From positions 196,149 to 260,148 of the IMG/VR virus record IMGVR_UViG_3300043399_000272: 64,000 nucleotides of DNA; one strand, 5' to 3'. How positions within the stretch are numbered: the stretch's first letter is position 1; each line of letters starts with the position of its first letter. This document shows, piece by piece, positions 28,118 to 38,150 of this stretch. The notes beneath the pieces were generated by a model. The model made no database searches. It had not been told where the DNA came from and worked only from the letters and a program-made list of their open reading frames with translations. The position numbers and the translations under genes are program-made.

Positions 28118-28747
28118 ATGGCAACAGCCTCTCAATCATTGTTCAACATGACCGTAGCATCTGATAATGCTACAAATAGTCAAGGCTTGTTGATGCCAAA
28201 ATTACAATATCGCTTCAGAGCTTTATTTTTGAATTTTGGAGTTGGCGGTGCAACAACTGAACTTACTAAGCAAGTTATTGATATCGCTAGACCTAGTCTA
28301 TCATTTACTGAAATACCAATTGATATTTACAACAGTAAAATTTACCTATCAGGTAAGCACGAATGGGCTGCTACTACAATCAACTTACGTGATGATGCAC
28401 AAGGTAACGTAGCTAAGTTAGTAGGTCAACAGATTCAAAAGCAAATGGATTTCGTAGAGCAAGCAAGTGCTGCTACTGGTCAGGACTATAAGTTCCAGAT
28501 CAACTATGAAGTTCTTGACGGTGGAAATGGCTTACTCACACCTACAGTTTTAGAAACTTGGGAATTGTATGGGTGCTTCGTACAACAAGCTAACTATAAT
28601 ACAATGAACTATTCTACCAATGAACCTGCAACAATTTCGTTAACTGTACGTTACGATAACGCAATTCAGAGTCCGTTGACTTCTGGTATCGGTACTAACG
28701 TCGGTCGTGCATTCGGTGGCGGTACTGTAACAGGTATCGGTTCTTAA
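28118..28747 (+). CDS. tail tube protein (gp19-like)
   Basis: Follows the sheath; PKLQYRFR, RPSLSF, GKHEW, WELYGC, LTVRYD. Confidence 0.88.
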   Translation: MATASQSLFNMTVASDNATNSQGLLMPKLQYRFRALFLNFGVGGATTELTKQVIDIARPSLSFTEIPIDIYNSKIYLSGKHEWAATTINLRDDAQGNVAKLVGQQIQKQMDFVEQASAATGQDYKFQINYEVLDGGNGLLTPTVLETWELYGCFVQQANYNTMNYSTNEPATISLTVRYDNAIQSPLTSGIGTNVGRAFGGGTVTGIGS

Positions 28748-28759
28748 TTAGGAGCCTAA

Positions 28760-29917
28760 ATGGCAGGTTTTTTTCAAGACCTTTTAGGGGACGCTACCAA
28801 AGCGTTCTTCGGTAATGACTACTTGCGTGATTATACTCACGCAAGTCTTACCTTTAGATCCAACGCATACCAATACTCACCCAAGTTTAAGTTTTTATTT
28901 CATGTTTATTTTGATATAAACACAGAGTATATTTCTACACAATTTCCTCAAGGAAGTAACTTTGGATTAGCTGTTAAAAACATACAACTACCTAAGTACA
29001 CTGTTGATGTTACAACACTTAATCAATATAATAGAAAACGTCTAGTGCAGACGAAATTAAAATACGATCCCATCAACATAGTATTTCACGATGATAACGG
29101 TAATTTAATTAGAAATTTATGGAATGCATATTATACATACTACTATAAAGACGGATTACAAATAGATTCGTTTAGTAACGTCACTGCAGGTCCTCCTAAT
29201 CCAAAATTTGATTTAAATAAGAGAAATGTGTATGATAGTAGTATCTCAGGAAACGATGATTGGGGATACATCGGAGAATCTAGTAGAACACCGGTGACCA
29301 CAGCAGGATCTGCGTTGGGTCAGACGAAAGCTCCGTTCTTCAGAGCTATTAATATATACGGTTTTAACCAACACAATTTTGCATTGTATCGACTTATCAA
29401 TCCTATGATTGAAAGTTTTAGCCACGACACCTACGACTACTCACAATCAAACGGTGTAATGGAAAATCAAATGTCAATTGCGTATGAAACTGTAAATTAT
29501 TTCCAAGGTGCAATTGACGGTAGAAGACCTGATCAGATTGTTAAACAATTTGGTGTCGATGGTCAATATGATAGAACATTGAGTCCTATCGCACGTCCGG
29601 GATCGAATGCCGCAATATTAGGTCCGGGTGGTTTATTAGATGCAGCAGGTGGTATCTTAGAAAATTTAGAAAGCGGAAACATTTTAGGTGCAATCCAGAA
29701 AGCAGGAGCTGCAAAAAATACTTTTAAGAACCCTCAAAATATAGTGAAGATAGCAACTGCAGAGGCGTTGGGAATGGCTAATACAGCATTACAGGGTTCA
29801 CCTAACAGAAATACTCAGTTCACATTCCCAACTGAAGCAGCAACATTTATCAAGGGTGTTCCTGGACAAGTACAACAGGGTGTCCAGCAAATGTTGAAAA
29901 AGCCACCAACTGTATAA
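28760..29917 (+). CDS. tube-fold baseplate/tube initiator (gp48/gp54-like)
   Basis: LPKY...NQYNRK...YDPINIVFHDD tube-like motif. Confidence 0.6.
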   Translation: MAGFFQDLLGDATKAFFGNDYLRDYTHASLTFRSNAYQYSPKFKFLFHVYFDINTEYISTQFPQGSNFGLAVKNIQLPKYTVDVTTLNQYNRKRLVQTKLKYDPINIVFHDDNGNLIRNLWNAYYTYYYKDGLQIDSFSNVTAGPPNPKFDLNKRNVYDSSISGNDDWGYIGESSRTPVTTAGSALGQTKAPFFRAINIYGFNQHNFALYRLINPMIESFSHDTYDYSQSNGVMENQMSIAYETVNYFQGAIDGRRPDQIVKQFGVDGQYDRTLSPIARPGSNAAILGPGGLLDAAGGILENLESGNILGAIQKAGAAKNTFKNPQNIVKIATAEALGMANTALQGSPNRNTQFTFPTEAATFIKGVPGQVQQGVQQMLKKPPTV

Positions 29918-29928
29918 TAAATACTTTT

Positions 29929-30291
29929 ATGGCACAACTAATTGACGCACCTAGAAATAATCTAGATAACACTGTTAGAATTTATGACCAGTTTTACAAC
30001 TTTGATTTAGTTGTTGACGGTGGTCAATTTGATTTGGTTTATTCGTATTTCTTAAAGATCACTGGTAATAAAAATACAGCTAACAATTTCACCGGTATAA
30101 TGTTTAGAATTTCTAACATTACTGGTGAAAATGTATTGTCATTACTTGATCAAATGAAGAACACAAGTAATCTTACAACTAGTAATCTTCTGACTTATTA
30201 CTTAAACAGCTTAAGAAGTAAAACTACTTTGTACGGAATAGCCAATTTTCCTATACCTAATGAAACTGTTCAACGAAACGTAGTACAATAA
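29929..30291 (+). CDS. hypothetical late protein
   Basis: AATAAATA 6 nt upstream. Confidence 0.7.
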   Translation: MAQLIDAPRNNLDNTVRIYDQFYNFDLVVDGGQFDLVYSYFLKITGNKNTANNFTGIMFRISNITGENVLSLLDQMKNTSNLTTSNLLTYYLNSLRSKTTLYGIANFPIPNETVQRNVVQ

Positions 30292-30292
30292 T

Positions 30293-30730
30293 ATGGCTAA
30301 TTGGGCACAAGGTATCTATACTCCTAAAAACCCTGACAAATACATAGGAAAACATAAGCCTAAGTATCGCAGTGGTTGGGAGTTTACCTTTATGCAATTT
30401 TGTGACAATAACGCATCTGTTCTTAAATGGGCAAGCGAGGCAATATCCATACCTTACATGCATCCATTGACTGGTAAAAGAACTAATTACATACCAGACT
30501 TTTTCATAATCTACCAGAATAAATTTGGAAAACAATTAGCAGAAATAGTTGAGATTAAACCCAAAAAGCAAAGTTTGATTGAAAGCAGAGTAGCAAGTGC
30601 TAAGGACAGGGCAGTTGTTGCAATAAACCATGCTAAGTGGGCCGCAGCTATGGCCTACTGTAAACAAAACGGGTTTACATTCAGAGTTATCACAGAAGAC
30701 GATTTGTTTAGAAACGGTAAACGCAAGTAA
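30293..30730 (+). CDS. head completion nuclease (T4 gp4-like)
   Basis: PKNPDKYIG, YRSGWE, WASE, YIPDF, EIKP, N.AKW.AA, F.VITE. Confidence 0.9.
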   Translation: MANWAQGIYTPKNPDKYIGKHKPKYRSGWEFTFMQFCDNNASVLKWASEAISIPYMHPLTGKRTNYIPDFFIIYQNKFGKQLAEIVEIKPKKQSLIESRVASAKDRAVVAINHAKWAAAMAYCKQNGFTFRVITEDDLFRNGKRK

Positions 30731-30757
30731 TAAATACTACTATTACTTAATCGTCAA

Positions 30758-31249
30758 ATGACAAAAAAACTTTCAGAATTATTTGATTTACCTGAACCCG
30801 ACGAACCTGATAATCTCAATGAACAGATTATCGAAAGTGCTGAGGTCCGAGAAATTACTCAAGAAGCCTTTTCTAATTTAGAAAAAATAGAAAATGCGTT
30901 GCCACAAGTTAAGGGTTTAGAAGCTGCTGACGGCGAGATGGATGATCTTGCTCAATTAGCACAAGACAGTTATAAAGATTTAATGGATCTTGGTATGCAA
31001 GTTGACAGTCGTTTTGCTAGTGAAATCTTTGGTGTAGCCGGTACTATGTTAGGACATGCTATTACAGCTAAAACAGCAAAGATTAATAAGAAATTAAAAA
31101 TGTTAGACCTTCAATTAAAGAAGGCCCAACTAGATCAAAAAGCACTCTCACAAACTAAAGAAATAGAAAATACACCTGTCGGAGAAGGTCAACTGTTAGA
31201 TAGAAACGAATTGCTCAAGCAAATTCTAGCTAACAAAAAATCCGACTGA
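30758..31249 (+). CDS. terminase small subunit (gp16-like), putative
   Basis: Helical, DL..LA...Y.DL.DLG...; RNELLK C-terminus; follows gp4-like. Confidence 0.55.
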   Translation: MTKKLSELFDLPEPDEPDNLNEQIIESAEVREITQEAFSNLEKIENALPQVKGLEAADGEMDDLAQLAQDSYKDLMDLGMQVDSRFASEIFGVAGTMLGHAITAKTAKINKKLKMLDLQLKKAQLDQKALSQTKEIENTPVGEGQLLDRNELLKQILANKKSD

Positions 31250-31277
31250 TTGATAAATAATATATAGGAATAACAAA

Positions 31278-31877
31278 ATGAAGAACCTACGTCATTATCT
31301 AACAGAAAGTGCTAGAACGTATAACTACACCATCAAAATTCTTGGTGACGTTGACAGCAAGTTTATGGACATGTTTAAATACAATCTTACAAAGTTTGAT
31401 CCAGTAAAGATTGATGATCCAAAGACTACCCCTATTCAAAAAACTGTTGCTGGATTTCCTGATGCAGAGAACAATAGCTTAACTATTATTAGAGCAGAAT
31501 TTAGATATCCAGCAACAGAGCCAATGATTCAACAATGTGCTCAAGCATGCGGATGTAATATCAATCGTGTAAGAATGTTTACAACTGATTTTGCAGATTC
31601 AGTCGAGCACGAAGCAAAACAATATCAAAATGAGGTTGATGATAGTCCTTTATTGTTAGATTCTGAATTGTCAGATAGCGGGAAAGAAGCTAGCAAAGAA
31701 TACGCAAACCAATATCTAGATAGAGTTGTTCCTAAGAAACCTAGTGTTGATATCCCGTTCGCCGCAAAGCCTACTCCTATCGCACCTAAGAACAACAAAG
31801 AAGAAAGTCATATGAGTCCGATGAGTAAAATTACTCGTCCTCAAAAACCAGCTACAGGAGCTAGTAAGGCAAAATGA
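31278..31877 (+). CDS. hypothetical late (putative head) protein
   Basis: MKNLRHYLTES N-terminus; late promoter at 31252. Confidence 0.7.
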   Translation: MKNLRHYLTESARTYNYTIKILGDVDSKFMDMFKYNLTKFDPVKIDDPKTTPIQKTVAGFPDAENNSLTIIRAEFRYPATEPMIQQCAQACGCNINRVRMFTTDFADSVEHEAKQYQNEVDDSPLLLDSELSDSGKEASKEYANQYLDRVVPKKPSVDIPFAAKPTPIAPKNNKEESHMSPMSKITRPQKPATGASKAK

Positions 31878-32104
31878 TTGATTTTACATCTTCACAGTTG
31901 AGTTGGATACTCATCGGTGCTTGTAGTATCGGTGGCACCGGTTATATTACCATTGATAACAAAATCAATGATATGGACGTAAAAATGGCAATAGTTCAAA
32001 CTAAAGCTGATGCAACTGAGAAGAAGTTGAATGAAATGGCTGTTCAATTAGACAGGGTTGAACAACTGTTAATAGCACAAAATACGAAAAAAGGATCACG
32101 ATAA
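31874..32104 (+). CDS. small membrane-anchored coiled-coil protein
   Basis: N-terminal hydrophobic segment followed by a heptad-rich helix. Confidence 0.6.
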   Translation: MIDFTSSQLSWILIGACSIGGTGYITIDNKINDMDVKMAIVQTKADATEKKLNEMAVQLDRVEQLLIAQNTKKGSR

Positions 32105-34299
32105 TGGATTTTAGAAATATGTTACAATCGTTAACCTCATTAGCTGAAGGTGAAACAAAAGATACCAAGACTGGTCGTGTACATAAAGGCAGTTATGGTA
32201 CTTCTTATGACGGTGACGATGATAAAAAAGAAAAGAAACCTGAAGTAAAGCGTGGTCGTGGCCGCCCTAAAAAGGACGCAGGTGAAGACGGCGAAGTAAA
32301 GAAATATGATACTAAAGGTCTACATGATGTGTTCGGTGGCGGTAAGAAACCTAAGAAAGAAGTCGGCAAGACTTCTAAGAAACACTCATTAAAAGAATAC
32401 ATTGAAGAAGTTGCTGATAGCAAAACTCAGTTAGATGAGGCAGAGCAGATTACTATTCAACCTGCACAACAAAATACACAGGTCATCAAGCAAGGTAATA
32501 AGACATTAGGTACAGTTACTAACCCACAATTAGCTCAGCAAATTAAGCAGTCAATAGGTAAGGGTGAAATGTCTTTAGCCGGTGATGAGTTAACTGACGA
32601 AGGTGTAATGGACACCATGAAGAAAGCAGGTTCTGCTGTTTTGAATAAATTAGGTCACGGTAGTGATGCTGAATTATTGAAGAAGTTACAAAAACAAGCC
32701 GGCGCGCAAAATGCACAAGTTCACGGTAAGCCATCGATGGCATCTTCTAATACACAAAAGCCTGTAACAGAAAAAGCTCCTGAAGGTTGGGAAGGTACAG
32801 TTAAAGCGATGAAGAAGCACAAGGATGAGATTGATAATCCTTGGGCTCTAGCACACTACATGAAGAACAAAGGTTATAAGAGTCATAAAAAGGCTGAAGA
32901 GATGACTGAATCTTTTAAAATGGAAGACGGCTCTCTTTTGACTGAGGGTTCTTTAAGAAGTTTAGTTCTCTGTTTGATGGATGATCTAAGAAATGGTCCT
33001 GAAGGTTATAATATCTTACCTGCAGTAGAAATGCAAGATCGTGCAAAAGCACAGCGAACAATTGATAAAGTATTACAGCACGGTGATCGTTATAAGCGTT
33101 TAGCTGGAACATTAAAAGGTCATTTACGTGATGCTGCCTTAGAAGAATTTGGATTCACAGACTATGATGCCAGCTTAGAAGAAGCAGACACACGTCCTGA
33201 GCCAGAACTATTAGCACCTGTTCCTAGCAAAGAAGCGTTTAGAACTACTGGAATGGATAGCAAATTAGGCAATCCTAAAGAGTTTGTTCCTAGTAGAACG
33301 CAAGCTCCTGCAGCAAAGCCTGGTATTTTCAGAGCAGCTGGGTCAGTAGCTAGCAAATTAAATCCATTCAGAAAACTCGGAGAAAATAAAGAAATGAAAG
33401 ATACTCAATTAGAAAGCTGGGAACAGCATTTAAATTCATTATTAAATGAAGGTATTACTGTTACTAGCAGTACTGGACAGCAAGGCTCCCCAGACTCAGT
33501 GAGTATAAATGCCACAGACACTGACGCACAAGAATTATTAGCAATTGTAAGACAAGCTGGTCTAGGTGTTTTTGGTAATCAAGAACAAGAGGTTAGTGAT
33601 TACGGTGCTCCAATGAGTACTGGAAGTGAAGAACCAGCAGGACATGGAACAGACCCTGAGGTTTCACCTACTGTAGTTGGCGACGGTGACGATATGATGG
33701 CATTAATCAAAAAAATGACAGGTATTGACACGAGTGGTTCTGAAGACTATGCTGATGAAGAAGGTGAAGAAACACACACATTAGAACCTGCAGATTCTGA
33801 TGAAAGTGAAGATGACACAGAAGAAAAAACTGATGAAGGTAATGCTTTCACCGGTGCCTTAGCAAAAGCAAAAGCTGATGGTGTGCAGCCCGGTGAAAAA
33901 ATGAAAGTTGGTGGAAAAGAATATCCTGTCAAAGAAGAAGATGAAGTCGAAGAAGGTAACAAGTTTACTGGTAATTTAGCAAAAGCACGTGCCGCTGGAA
34001 AGAAAGAAGCTGACTTAGACGGCGACGGCGACATGGAAAAAGTGCATGAGGGTGAACATACTTGCAATGAATGTGGAATGTATGAGTCACAATGCGGTTG
34101 CGAAGAGCCTGTTGAAGAAGGATTCTCAAACGATGCGGGCGGTGACGCAATGGCCGATACAGAAATGGCAAAGTTAAAAGCACTCCTATCAATGGGAAAT
34201 GATCTACACAAATTAAAAAGAAATCAAACTGTAGGTAACCCCACGCAAGTTGCATTTGAATCACAAATAAATGACTGGAAGAAGTTAAGCGGTCTGTAA
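32104..34299 (+). CDS. large acidic/low-complexity putative internal head protein
   Basis: AT-hook KRGRGRPKK; many [LVIT]xE-G/A/S sites; duplicated EGN(A/K)FTG(A/N)LAKA. Confidence 0.6.
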   Translation: MDFRNMLQSLTSLAEGETKDTKTGRVHKGSYGTSYDGDDDKKEKKPEVKRGRGRPKKDAGEDGEVKKYDTKGLHDVFGGGKKPKKEVGKTSKKHSLKEYIEEVADSKTQLDEAEQITIQPAQQNTQVIKQGNKTLGTVTNPQLAQQIKQSIGKGEMSLAGDELTDEGVMDTMKKAGSAVLNKLGHGSDAELLKKLQKQAGAQNAQVHGKPSMASSNTQKPVTEKAPEGWEGTVKAMKKHKDEIDNPWALAHYMKNKGYKSHKKAEEMTESFKMEDGSLLTEGSLRSLVLCLMDDLRNGPEGYNILPAVEMQDRAKAQRTIDKVLQHGDRYKRLAGTLKGHLRDAALEEFGFTDYDASLEEADTRPEPELLAPVPSKEAFRTTGMDSKLGNPKEFVPSRTQAPAAKPGIFRAAGSVASKLNPFRKLGENKEMKDTQLESWEQHLNSLLNEGITVTSSTGQQGSPDSVSINATDTDAQELLAIVRQAGLGVFGNQEQEVSDYGAPMSTGSEEPAGHGTDPEVSPTVVGDGDDMMALIKKMTGIDTSGSEDYADEEGEETHTLEPADSDESEDDTEEKTDEGNAFTGALAKAKADGVQPGEKMKVGGKEYPVKEEDEVEEGNKFTGNLAKARAAGKKEADLDGDGDMEKVHEGEHTCNECGMYESQCGCEEPVEEGFSNDAGGDAMADTEMAKLKALLSMGNDLHKLKRNQTVGNPTQVAFESQINDWKKLSGL

Positions 34300-34319
34300 A
34301 TAACAAAACCGTACCTCAT

Positions 34320-34348
34320 AGCCCGAGTAAATTTACTCGGGCTTTTTT
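34320..34348 (+). terminator. Rho-independent terminator
   Basis: AGCCCGAGTAA/TTACTCGGGCT plus T tract. Confidence 0.85.
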
Positions 34349-34403
34349 ACGGGCATACTAAGAATAATAAAACGATAAATACTAGATAAGGTAGACTATT
34401 GAT

Positions 34404-37400
34404 ATGGCTCAACAATACATAGACTTTGGTACATTTCCAAACGATCCATCGGCTGATCCGATTCGATCAGCATTTCAGAAAATAAACGAAAACTTCAATG
34501 AACTTTACGGTACTTTTTTCTCGTCCGGTGTTACATCTATTACCACTACTGGTGGTATTACAGCTCCGGCAGGAGGAACAGGGGACGTATTAATTGAGGG
34601 TAATTTCCCTAGAATTCAGATTATTACAGGTAGTAATTTAACAGTTGGAGCAGGTGCACCTAACACTACCCAGTCAGCAAATATCACTACCTTTTCTGTT
34701 CCGTTTTATTTAGATTTAGCTAATTCGATTAATACACAATCAGCTACTTTTACAACAGGTGTAACTACATCTAATCTTAGCGTAGGCAACGTAGTAACTA
34801 GCTCATTAATTCCCAATGCATCTACCGGTCAATTAGGAAATAGTACCAATAGATGGGGTAATTTATTTGTTACTTCTAATATAAATTTAGGAGCAGCAGC
34901 CAATAGTCAAACGATTAGATCAAACACTTCAGGTGTAATTCTAACTAATCTTTTTGTAACATCAAACACTGTAATAGGTAATGCTAACATCACCGGATTA
35001 GTTACTGCAGGCAATGCTACTGTGACAGGTCTAACGACTACAAATAATTTAACAGTAACTGGAAATTTGATCGGTAACTTAATTCCTGATCAAGACGAAG
35101 TTTATAATTTAGGTAGCCCCACACGTAAGTTTAAAGAATTATTTCTTGCTGCGAATACTTTGACATTGGGTGCAGTTACAATATCAGCAGACTCAAATAG
35201 CATTATTGTTCCTAATTTATCAGTCACTGACACAATCAGTGTAGGTACGATAACTGCAGGATTTGTCGACGGTATAATAACTGCAACATCACAACCATTA
35301 ATTACTAGTTTGGGCGCATTAAGCAACTTGACTGTTGCTGGTTGTGTAGCGATTGGTAATACATTAATTGATTCTAACGGGGCAATCACAGTAGGTAGTA
35401 CAGTTATTGATCCTTCCGGTAACATTATACTACCGGCTAATGGTACAATTACTGGAACAGTTATTACTCCACCGGGCGGAACAGTTAGTGCTCCGGGTTC
35501 TAATACACAAATCTTATTCAATGATGACGGTAACTTAGCAGCAGTTCCAGGACTACAATTCAACAAAGTAACTAGTTTATTAAGTATTTCAGGTAATGTA
35601 GCAGGAGGAAACTTAGTATCTTCAGGTGCTCTATCAGTTACTGGTAACGGTAGTGTAGGCGGCACATTTAGTGCTACTGGAAATGTGAACGCTGGCAATT
35701 TAATTACCTTAGGTGTTTTAAGTGCTAGCGGCAATATTTCAGGCGGTAATATTTCAACTAATGGATTCTTACAAGTAGTAGGCAATGCTAGTTTGGGCAA
35801 TATTACAACAACTAGAATAGATGGTACTATAGTTAGTGTATCGGGTAATATTTCAGGCGCTAACTTAATTGCTAGCGGTATAATGCGAGTAGACGGTAAC
35901 GCAAACGTAGGTAACCTAACTACTAGTGGTTTAGTGTCAGCCGCAACAATAAATGCATCAGGAAATGTGTCTGCTGGTAATATTAGTGTTTCCGGATCAC
36001 TAGCAGTTGACACATTATCAGGAAATAACTTAAGTTCTAGTGGCAACTTAACTGTTACCGGTAATTCTTCTTTAGCAAATGCAATAGCTACAAGTCTATC
36101 TGCTATAGGTAATATTTCAAGTAGTAATTTAAATATTACCGGTAATTCTTCTTTAGCAAATGCAATAGCTACAAGTCTATCTGCTATAGGTAATATTTCA
36201 AGTAGTAACTTAATCATCACTGGTAATTCTACACTAGCTAATGCATTGGCTGCGAGTCTTGCAGCTACGGGTAATGTTTCAGGTGGAAACATATTGACTG
36301 GTGGACTAATTAATGCTACTGGTAATATATTAGGTGGTAACTTATCCACCACTGGTGTAGTTTCTGCTACAGGTAATGTTTCAGGTGGCAATATAACAAC
36401 TACAGGGTTAATCACTGCGAATGGCACCATCGTCGGCGGCAATCTATCCACTGCTGGTGTAGTTTCTGCTACAGGTAATGTTTCAGGTGGAAACTTAACT
36501 ACAAACGGATTAATTGTAGCTACAGGCAATGTCTCAGGTGGTAACTTATCTACTACAGGTGTAGTCTCTGCTACAGGTAATATATTAGGTGGTAACTTAT
36601 CTACTACAGGTGTAGTCTCTGCTACAGGTAATATATTAGGTGGTAACATTAATGCTAACGGTAGCGTTACAGGTAACTTGTTTAGTGCTAATTTCTTCAG
36701 CGGTGATGGAAACAGCATAACAAACTTGAATGCGTTAAATGCTAAGAATAAGATTGTGCCAACTGGTTTATTAATTGGTTCAGGAACAGCAACTATAACT
36801 TTCTCTACGCAATCTTTTGCCCCGTTTGATATTGGACAAACAGTAAATGTTTCAAACATTTTACCAAGTGGATTAAACGGTTCACAGACCATTACGTTCT
36901 GCAACGCAGACACATTAACATTTAGTACTGCACTAACCTCAAACGTTGGATTTGTGCCAGGTACATCAATAGTATCAGGTGACATTAAAGTTTCAAGTGC
37001 TATAAGTGCTGCTTCGGCAAATACTGCTAATTCTGCGAATACTGCTAACTCAGCAACGATTGCTGGACAAGTTACAGGTGCAACACAAGGAAACATCACA
37101 AGTGTAGGAACTTTAGTAGGATTGACTGTTGCTCCAACTGGATCAATAACCGGTGCTAATACTATTTCAGGTAATTTTATTTCAGGTAATTTTGTTCTTG
37201 CAAGTGTTACTAGTGGCATCGTTGCTTCTGGTACTACTCAAAGCACCGCATATCCGTTGATTAGTCAATATAATGTTGTTTCTACTTCTAGTACAGGAAC
37301 TGCTGATGGTGTACGTTTACCAACAGCTACAGTGGGTATGCAAGTTATTATCATCAATAATACTGCAAACAGTGTTAAAGTTTATCCAGCATCAAGTGCA

Positions 37401-37514
37401 AAAATAGATTCCCTAGCAACAAATGCATCATTCTCATTGGGTACAGGTGCAAGACTATTATTAGTAGCAACAGGGATTTCTCAGTGGTACACAATGGTTG
37501 GTGTTTACGGTTAA
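34404..37514 (+). CDS. long tail fibre-like protein with G/N-rich repeats
   Basis: GT.PND..AD.IRSAFQKINENFNELY N-terminus; ~17-aa TGNVSGGNL repeats. Confidence 0.8.
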   Translation: MAQQYIDFGTFPNDPSADPIRSAFQKINENFNELYGTFFSSGVTSITTTGGITAPAGGTGDVLIEGNFPRIQIITGSNLTVGAGAPNTTQSANITTFSVPFYLDLANSINTQSATFTTGVTTSNLSVGNVVTSSLIPNASTGQLGNSTNRWGNLFVTSNINLGAAANSQTIRSNTSGVILTNLFVTSNTVIGNANITGLVTAGNATVTGLTTTNNLTVTGNLIGNLIPDQDEVYNLGSPTRKFKELFLAANTLTLGAVTISADSNSIIVPNLSVTDTISVGTITAGFVDGIITATSQPLITSLGALSNLTVAGCVAIGNTLIDSNGAITVGSTVIDPSGNIILPANGTITGTVITPPGGTVSAPGSNTQILFNDDGNLAAVPGLQFNKVTSLLSISGNVAGGNLVSSGALSVTGNGSVGGTFSATGNVNAGNLITLGVLSASGNISGGNISTNGFLQVVGNASLGNITTTRIDGTIVSVSGNISGANLIASGIMRVDGNANVGNLTTSGLVSAATINASGNVSAGNISVSGSLAVDTLSGNNLSSSGNLTVTGNSSLANAIATSLSAIGNISSSNLNITGNSSLANAIATSLSAIGNISSSNLIITGNSTLANALAASLAATGNVSGGNILTGGLINATGNILGGNLSTTGVVSATGNVSGGNITTTGLITANGTIVGGNLSTAGVVSATGNVSGGNLTTNGLIVATGNVSGGNLSTTGVVSATGNILGGNLSTTGVVSATGNILGGNINANGSVTGNLFSANFFSGDGNSITNLNALNAKNKIVPTGLLIGSGTATITFSTQSFAPFDIGQTVNVSNILPSGLNGSQTITFCNADTLTFSTALTSNVGFVPGTSIVSGDIKVSSAISAASANTANSANTANSATIAGQVTGATQGNITSVGTLVGLTVAPTGSITGANTISGNFISGNFVLASVTSGIVASGTTQSTAYPLISQYNVVSTSSTGTADGVRLPTATVGMQVIIINNTANSVKVYPASSAKIDSLATNASFSLGTGARLLLVATGISQWYTMVGVYG
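36055..36208 (+). repeat. 81-nt-period tandem duplication in the fibre gene
   Basis: 36055-36127 is identical to 36136-36208. Confidence 0.85.
36536..36647 (+). repeat. 51-nt exact tandem repeat in the fibre gene
   Basis: Units start at 36536, 36587 and (partially) 36638. Confidence 0.85.
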
Positions 37515-37525
37515 TAGGAGTTTTT

Positions 37526-38149
37526 ATGATTACAGTAGATATTTTACAAAAAATATGCCCAAAGACGAAAACGGCAGTATTAGAAAGATATGCGTTACCT
37601 CTTCACGAAGTAGCAGAGTACTACGATATGTACAAAAATCCAAAACGTGCGGCTGCCTTTTTAGCACAAATCGCACACGAGTCAGGTGGATTTAATTTTG
37701 TAACAGAAAATTTAAACTACAGTGCTAAGGGGTTGATGACTACTTTCAAAAAGTATTTCCCAACAGAAGAATTAGCAAAGCAATATGAGAGAAAGCCTGA
37801 AAAGATTGCTAATCGTGTTTATGCTAATCGAATGAGTAACGGAGATGAAAATAGTGGTGATGGCTGGAAGTTCAGAGGTCGTGGATTAATACAATTGACA
37901 GGCCGAGCTAACTATACACGGTTTGCCGAAGACTTAGGCATTAGCCTTGACGAAACGGTTGCATATTTAGAAACTCCTGCAGGCGCAGTTTCTAGTGCAG
38001 GATGGTTCTGGGATAACAATAACTTAAATCAGTTATGTGATAAAGATGATTTCGTGACTCTTACGAAAAGAATTAACGGTGGCACTATTGGTTTAGAAGA
38101 TAGAAAACATCACTATCATATTGCATTAGAGGCATTAGGCGTTCACTAA
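37526..38149 (+). CDS. GH19 (chitinase-like) lysozyme/endolysin
   Basis: AAFLAQIAHESG, ENLNYS, GRGLIQLTGRANY, SAGWFW, TKRINGG.IGLEDR. Confidence 0.92.
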   Translation: MITVDILQKICPKTKTAVLERYALPLHEVAEYYDMYKNPKRAAAFLAQIAHESGGFNFVTENLNYSAKGLMTTFKKYFPTEELAKQYERKPEKIANRVYANRMSNGDENSGDGWKFRGRGLIQLTGRANYTRFAEDLGISLDETVAYLETPAGAVSSAGWFWDNNNLNQLCDKDDFVTLTKRINGGTIGLEDRKHHYHIALEALGVH

Positions 38150-38150
38150 C

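Noticed and set aside
35102-37219. 705-aa antisense ORF
   Set aside because: It is the shadow of the repetitive G/N/T/S-rich fibre gene, whose codon bias avoids antisense stops. It has no RBS or promoter and mirrors the repeats.
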